DNA of 26,109 bases. Source: a virus (lineage: Duplodnaviria; Caudoviricetes). This document shows positions 23,901 to 26,109 of the stretch, piece after piece; within the stretch, counting starts at the first letter, position 1; each line of letters begins with the position of its first letter. The translations under genes and the position numbers were made by a program. The notes under the pieces are model-generated. The model was not told the DNA's origin. It was given only the letters and a program-made list of their open reading frames with translations, and did no database searches. The stretch spans positions 1-26,109 of the IMG/VR virus record IMGVR_UViG_3300025282_000208. The stretch is one strand, 5' to 3'.

Positions 23901-26109
23901 AACGGGGTCAATGAGCAGGAGCAATTCTGGTCTGGACTAGAAGAGTTCTTGGAAACAAAGGGTGAAGAGTCCTTTGACATAGACGAGGCTATTGAAGCAG
24001 TTCGTCCAGTGAAATTGTCTGAGAAAATACTGACAAATGAAGAGGCGAGATTCCGTAGTGGTGACAAATGGCAAGCTGTACCCGACTTCGTCAACGAACT
24101 TGCGGTAGGTCATGAGCAAATCATCATCTCGTGGGACAGAGCACAGGATGAATTGGATGTCATGTCTGAAGACGAGTGGGCTAAAGCGGTAGCAGATCTA
24201 GAACCTCCCGAACCAGGAGAAGAACCAGGGGAGACGTTCACCGATGATCAAGGCAGGATTGTCAGCTTCGACGAAGACACGACTTACCAAGAGTATCTTC
24301 AAAAAGTTCTTACAGGAGACCCAAGGGTGTTCAGGGGAGGACACTTCGGGGCAGCGGATGAGATTATGCATCAGCGTTTATTCATCATGCCAGACAATGA
24401 AGCAGATGAACCGGGCAAGACATTTCTCTATGCATGGGAATTGCAGGGTGACTGGGCAAGGAACGTAGGAAGATACGGTATCGGTGGAGAAGCCACAGTA
24501 ACTGTAGAGCGAGTGATGGGTTCGGTAGATGAGGCACTGCGGGAAACGCCACAAACCCATGCTGAACAAGCCGATTTGTATTTGGGCTATCAGCAACCCC
24601 ATGCGCAACGTATCACAGCTGGTGTGGGAACTGAGAAAGTTCTCTCTTACTACGGACCAGAGGCGGATGTTCATTTTCGATTTACTTCAGCCTTTTCGGA
24701 AGGTATGCCTTTACACAGGTCTACTACGAGACGAAACCTGACACCTGGAGCATGGGGTGTAGAGTCAAAGATATCTGTGGACGATGGGACATATGATACA
24801 GGCAGATTGGAACTACCTGTTTCAGCACTTCCACAGTTGCCGGGTGACCCAAACCCACCCACACCAATAGAAGAAGACACTGGGTACATGGATTACGAAC
24901 AGGAAACTGCTGAAACCATAGAGCACTTTTACGAACTCGCCATGAATGACGAGGATGTATTGAAACAACTACAGTCAGTTGGCGAGGATCAATTCCCATT
25001 GTTGTTCAACGGGGATTGGAAACTCTTGCGTGAACATCCACTGTGGGATGCTGAAGAACATGCCGAGAACTATGAATATGCACCACTGAAAGCCCTTGCT
25101 GGCGAGATGTACATCAAGATGAGGGGTACTGACGAGGCACGAGCAACATGGATGGAGAACAGGAGTGACTTCCTGAGAAATACAATTGTCGAGTATGGTG
25201 CAGATACCGCAATTGAAAGAACTGGTTTCGTCACAGATCCCACAGTTAGAGAAATATGGGAAGATGCACTTGCCGAATCTATCGACAGATACGATGATGC
25301 TGAAGCAGTTCCACCTGGACCATTTGTTTCCACCCCAAGGGGCAAGCAATCCAAGGAATGGGTAGGCTTGGGAGTCAAGCGAATGCTGGCTAAAGCGGTA
25401 GCCGATAGGCACACTGCACTGGTAATACCATCTTCCGAACTAGTGGAAAAGGTGGAGCATATTGGTGAGGGTGCGAGGCTGTACGACAACATATACTCAA
25501 TGCTTCTCAAGTACGCGAAGAAGTTAGACCCATCGGTCTTGGTGGAAGATGCCAACGGCAAACTACAACTACCATCAAAGGGTATGGGCTTCGAGTTTGA
25601 AATCAAAGCAGAGCCGGTAGAAGGAAGGATAGCGACGAAGCAAGAGGCGTTTGAACTTGCTTTGGACAAGTTGTTCCTCAACGCGAGGGGTACACGGAAC
25701 TTCCCATCTATGCATCACTTTCATATAGGAGAGTTTTCAAAGACGATAGTGGAACTCATGGACATGGGCATGCTGTTCAACTCGTATTCTAGTTTCTCAG
25801 TAAACGCACACAAACAACTATCTCAGGGGAATGTTCAATGGGGGAATGAGTCACTACCACAGTACACCGAAGAGCAACTGAAAAAAGCCCACGAAATTAT
25901 TAGTTTCCTTAGGGGAGTTGATGAAGTGACAGGAGAGTCAAAAACTCCAATTGACCCAGACACAGGAGAGCATGAAGTATGGCCATTTGCAACACTCTTT
26001 GACGATGCATGGAACAAACTAGATAGGAGTACACCTGGACTGGCAGCATACGAACAGCGTTTAGCAAGAGAGGGCAAGACGCTGACAAGAGAAACCGCGT
26101 TCCATGAAT
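17988..26109 (+). CDS. Giant ejection / large polyvalent protein (>2700 aa, 3'-truncated by window), not in ORF track
   Basis: Hand translation from ATG 17988 (MPMQYGTNVDPRY...) found no stop before the window end. Contains Gly-rich hydrophobic segments (~19090-19215, ~19650-19725), HESLH (20385-20399), a WY...ATSP...N...K..F..D..M...QVQAVMW domain (21477-21998) and a GV...E..W.GL / ELQGDW / W..L.VKR domain (~23820-25530). Confidence 0.9.
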   Translation, partial: MPMQYGTNVDPRYEHVKRRIEERKLAQVAEEQRRDALLQEAEAARVEQTRLAIQEARGLEAQDITERGMAGAPLPGSFTGSLSVQDLTTFGGPKQETYKPQTSDYDYGAAADVMELTGYSMKDEGSGHWGSRIFAGPLEGLIVKAPGHDSYDEMVKDENKRGYEIVKFGNKEFSVKVSDEAIEPQEIDSETGSVTGLTRDEWDAPFNGGRPEDFEGAEGAKGELAKRLQRRNVPQEDRQFDPLDETKSLEDWSSDTYIPGDIVFQSRVRSFQEGKEWAEEDLKNDRGFWSSFNRGGIQTMQGLKAQFMGLDDEGSEEVLREQGLEALRDIQIAAAEQSGFVSGMMAAERPDDQTWLEKQGEMLGGSSPMIAAGAVATTIAVAAGPPGWAIAGTALGSGAVAGYFFGGSGADAEIDLIELQTNIIRQRYGDYTKFKVSDEVRDRIVMQSGAWEAGSEGLTSLLGFGIGKFIGKSFFKVGPGTTMKETVKESMRQVFRRQAIQKTAPEIARGVLKNSAKYASLIAGDLAMEGVSEVVAEYGQTTAMQELDPDREADFLGAFWSGVILGGFSGPAMMGVGVMNEKVMRDRLEARIAARDVWNSANYDPIKKLEELAPEVAERIAALPESERVEEIAKWNRQLEVEAAYAEALLVEAEKALSNGDQKGAARMAAKAAGAREKALTLSLQVALAKDLVVGTRVVEEGGLVGHTYTVDEALKNKGRKKSGGKKSTGQTKVQTTFESMGFEVVWFDKSDSQADAFYDPKTPGVIYLEDRATVTREGKGGKKTQVDMNPTYVIARGLHESLHYIQYVNPELHEELKEIVGDAGALWSAAEYAMRVEGSFNDNLVVAFAQHITDGGTVDTFTGYTDVEGNEVVATESDLAEMQAYAELEGMAVSIEKGVEAGATTNKPLRVLARLGLMGRNAKAAVRLYDTLLKTAHQTSLARAEGRTVEEGGSGTYTVRPGSASFVRELLHGESIRSVSTGKLLSALERSLGKDGATEAKEEEGTTGALEARKRDGEKDKKTSKKLPKKRGRGKKEEPKEDIKGQRDSRYGKPLTTVTLEDIQAQFTEEELMGGKELPYKPGEVAKTSAGKSYSEASREASVNIPYAKVEQSDIDTAIKNTEKAMGAARYERALGFAKVDSLSLDATFFNDSINLPSSIRFWYETFGEDFLNRFVGMSEADARQFADVVSATSPRTPVPDNIRKAVSIFLDQKLGVPSPTAVSTKEMVGVQKALTGKLAEGGRYKTGSFANTFLYAMGMVSETPLSTNDIIMGNIYGIKGENFTNPLVYEMISRLHVELATMLNGKTVDKRGLTEADADVINTPWTPWQVQAVMWSNRQDNTGTYSDELVRIFEEWQEAGIPVKEHADGTLYVNLDELTPEMGLAGLTKATVRGEPRLMPPTPLGGATEVTASLGEALASDLDETQRKHITAAYSKLRTATYDYVSAITSKTEMPTFSNELREMFGVAQVKAGTGKFVQFHYPYHKSVAMVAGKKFNATTSVADMFAGKSMGAFQYGGSAQRGDLIYGMFTSEGGVLVPTMSIYLGGVPSEKMQEVLTYSASMLGLSDAIAVEEVPAGQGEPAIGMFFPTQELEFSHISALAIAAGRYGLVLHSMPVANGTYLAIVPVEGSDINAGEESIRRELQSRGLSPLIQDTDIKIIDAKAGVSGTIEQASKDIRNKEVKNDAKKTSKWYTGLNKQDRQIVDEVAPTKREREQLLRTPRTKAGKIRRLSAPKRERLAVAIAKSQAWQLHHFAETLANTRAEQQQKLAVRTEEVLTKKKIGKQTVGKWLDAGGALESRRLTEAKFRSGYSQHIDIRSRKTGKGLELATTVMKEGWKPGIGVNVLPVSVGDKPITIPERQYMPKKGDVVYLVPNDWITGFYGPGKIKEGWKPKPFEVVVVEYDNQSMYELYTKATSGALESRKTKKEVEAIRETQLMGSVFPKIREAMQMSEQRKMTAKQLRKMLEKNGVNEQEQFWSGLEEFLETKGEESFDIDEAIEAVRPVKLSEKILTNEEARFRSGDKWQAVPDFVNELAVGHEQIIISWDRAQDELDVMSEDEWAKAVADLEPPEPGEEPGETFTDDQGRIVSFDEDTTYQEYLQKVLTGDPRVFRGGHFGAADEIMHQRLFIMPDNEADEPGKTFLYAWELQGDWARNVGRYGIGGEATVTVERVMGSVDEALRETPQTHAEQADLYLGYQQPHAQRITAGVGTEKVLSYYGPEADVHFRFTSAFSEGMPLHRSTTRRNLTPGAWGVESKISVDDGTYDTGRLELPVSALPQLPGDPNPPTPIEEDTGYMDYEQETAETIEHFYELAMNDEDVLKQLQSVGEDQFPLLFNGDWKLLREHPLWDAEEHAENYEYAPLKALAGEMYIKMRGTDEARATWMENRSDFLRNTIVEYGADTAIERTGFVTDPTVREIWEDALAESIDRYDDAEAVPPGPFVSTPRGKQSKEWVGLGVKRMLAKAVADRHTALVIPSSELVEKVEHIGEGARLYDNIYSMLLKYAKKLDPSVLVEDANGKLQLPSKGMGFEFEIKAEPVEGRIATKQEAFELALDKLFLNARGTRNFPSMHHFHIGEFSKTIVELMDMGMLFNSYSSFSVNAHKQLSQGNVQWGNESLPQYTEEQLKKAHEIISFLRGVDEVTGESKTPIDPDTGEHEVWPFATLFDDAWNKLDRSTPGLAAYEQRLAREGKTLTRETAFHE
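23377..23764 (+). repeat. Perfect 19-bp direct repeat GTGGTGCACTTGAGTCACG (23377-23395 and 23746-23764)
   Basis: Read directly. The copies are 369 bp (123 codons) apart and both are in frame, encoding GALESR. Confidence 0.92.

Larger units (their letters stand above)
1..26109 (+). mobile_element. Tailed bacteriophage (podovirus-like) packaging, head, tail and ejection-protein module
   Basis: Unbroken, tightly packed + strand gene run in terS-terL-portal-scaffold-capsid-adaptor-fibre-nozzle-ejection order. No tape measure, sheath or tube genes seen, and no host genes or integrase, so virion versus prophage origin cannot be decided. Confidence 0.95.

Noticed and set aside
17915-24741. Short + strand ORFs in the track over the right third (17915, 18595, 20974, 22423, 23050, 24244, 24529)
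   Set aside because: They are out-of-frame shadows of the continuous giant ORF starting at 17988.
24179-25402. 15-bp repeat GGCTAAAGCGGTAGC (24179, 25388) and the EA(K/R)FRSG pair (~23406, ~24042)
   Set aside because: Matches of 13-15 bp are plausible by chance in 26 kb, and these do not clearly delimit a domain, unlike the 19-bp GALESR repeat with its third protein-level copy.
17988-26109. Stop-codon reassignment or pseudogenisation as the reason for the apparent gene desert
   Set aside because: The region is open in the standard code, and TAG, TGA and TAA all terminate genes normally elsewhere. The ORF was missed only because it runs off the window.

Overview
The whole window reads as one + strand virion-morphogenesis operon of a tailed dsDNA phage with podovirus-type (P22/T7-like) architecture. 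Gene order: small hypothetical, TerS, TerL, a three-gene insert (beta-sandwich protein, 34-aa Lys-rich peptide, LamG-like protein), portal, small protein, scaffold, major capsid, cement protein, head-tail adaptor, Mtd_N-type fibre, nozzle, pilot/ejection protein, three membrane proteins, two more putative ejection proteins, and a giant ORF (17988 to beyond 26109, >2700 aa). The giant ORF is missing from the ORF track because it has no stop in the window; I translated it by hand. It looks like an injected polyvalent protein: membrane segments, an HExxH metallopeptidase, an HhH-GPD glycosylase-like domain, a possible ART-like cassette flanked by a perfect 19-bp direct repeat, and an 'E-x-Q-x-D-W' domain. 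These domains are separated by a recurring GALE[S/A]R[K/R] linker, suggesting a modular and possibly self-processing effector polyprotein. Other oddities are an origin/initiator-like repeat element upstream of terS, nested domain insertions in the nozzle, and a lipoprotein+TM (u-spanin-like) membrane cassette with no endolysin in view. No tRNA, rRNA, CRISPR array, integrase or reverse transcriptase was seen. All family assignments come from motifs and synteny read by eye; no searches were run.
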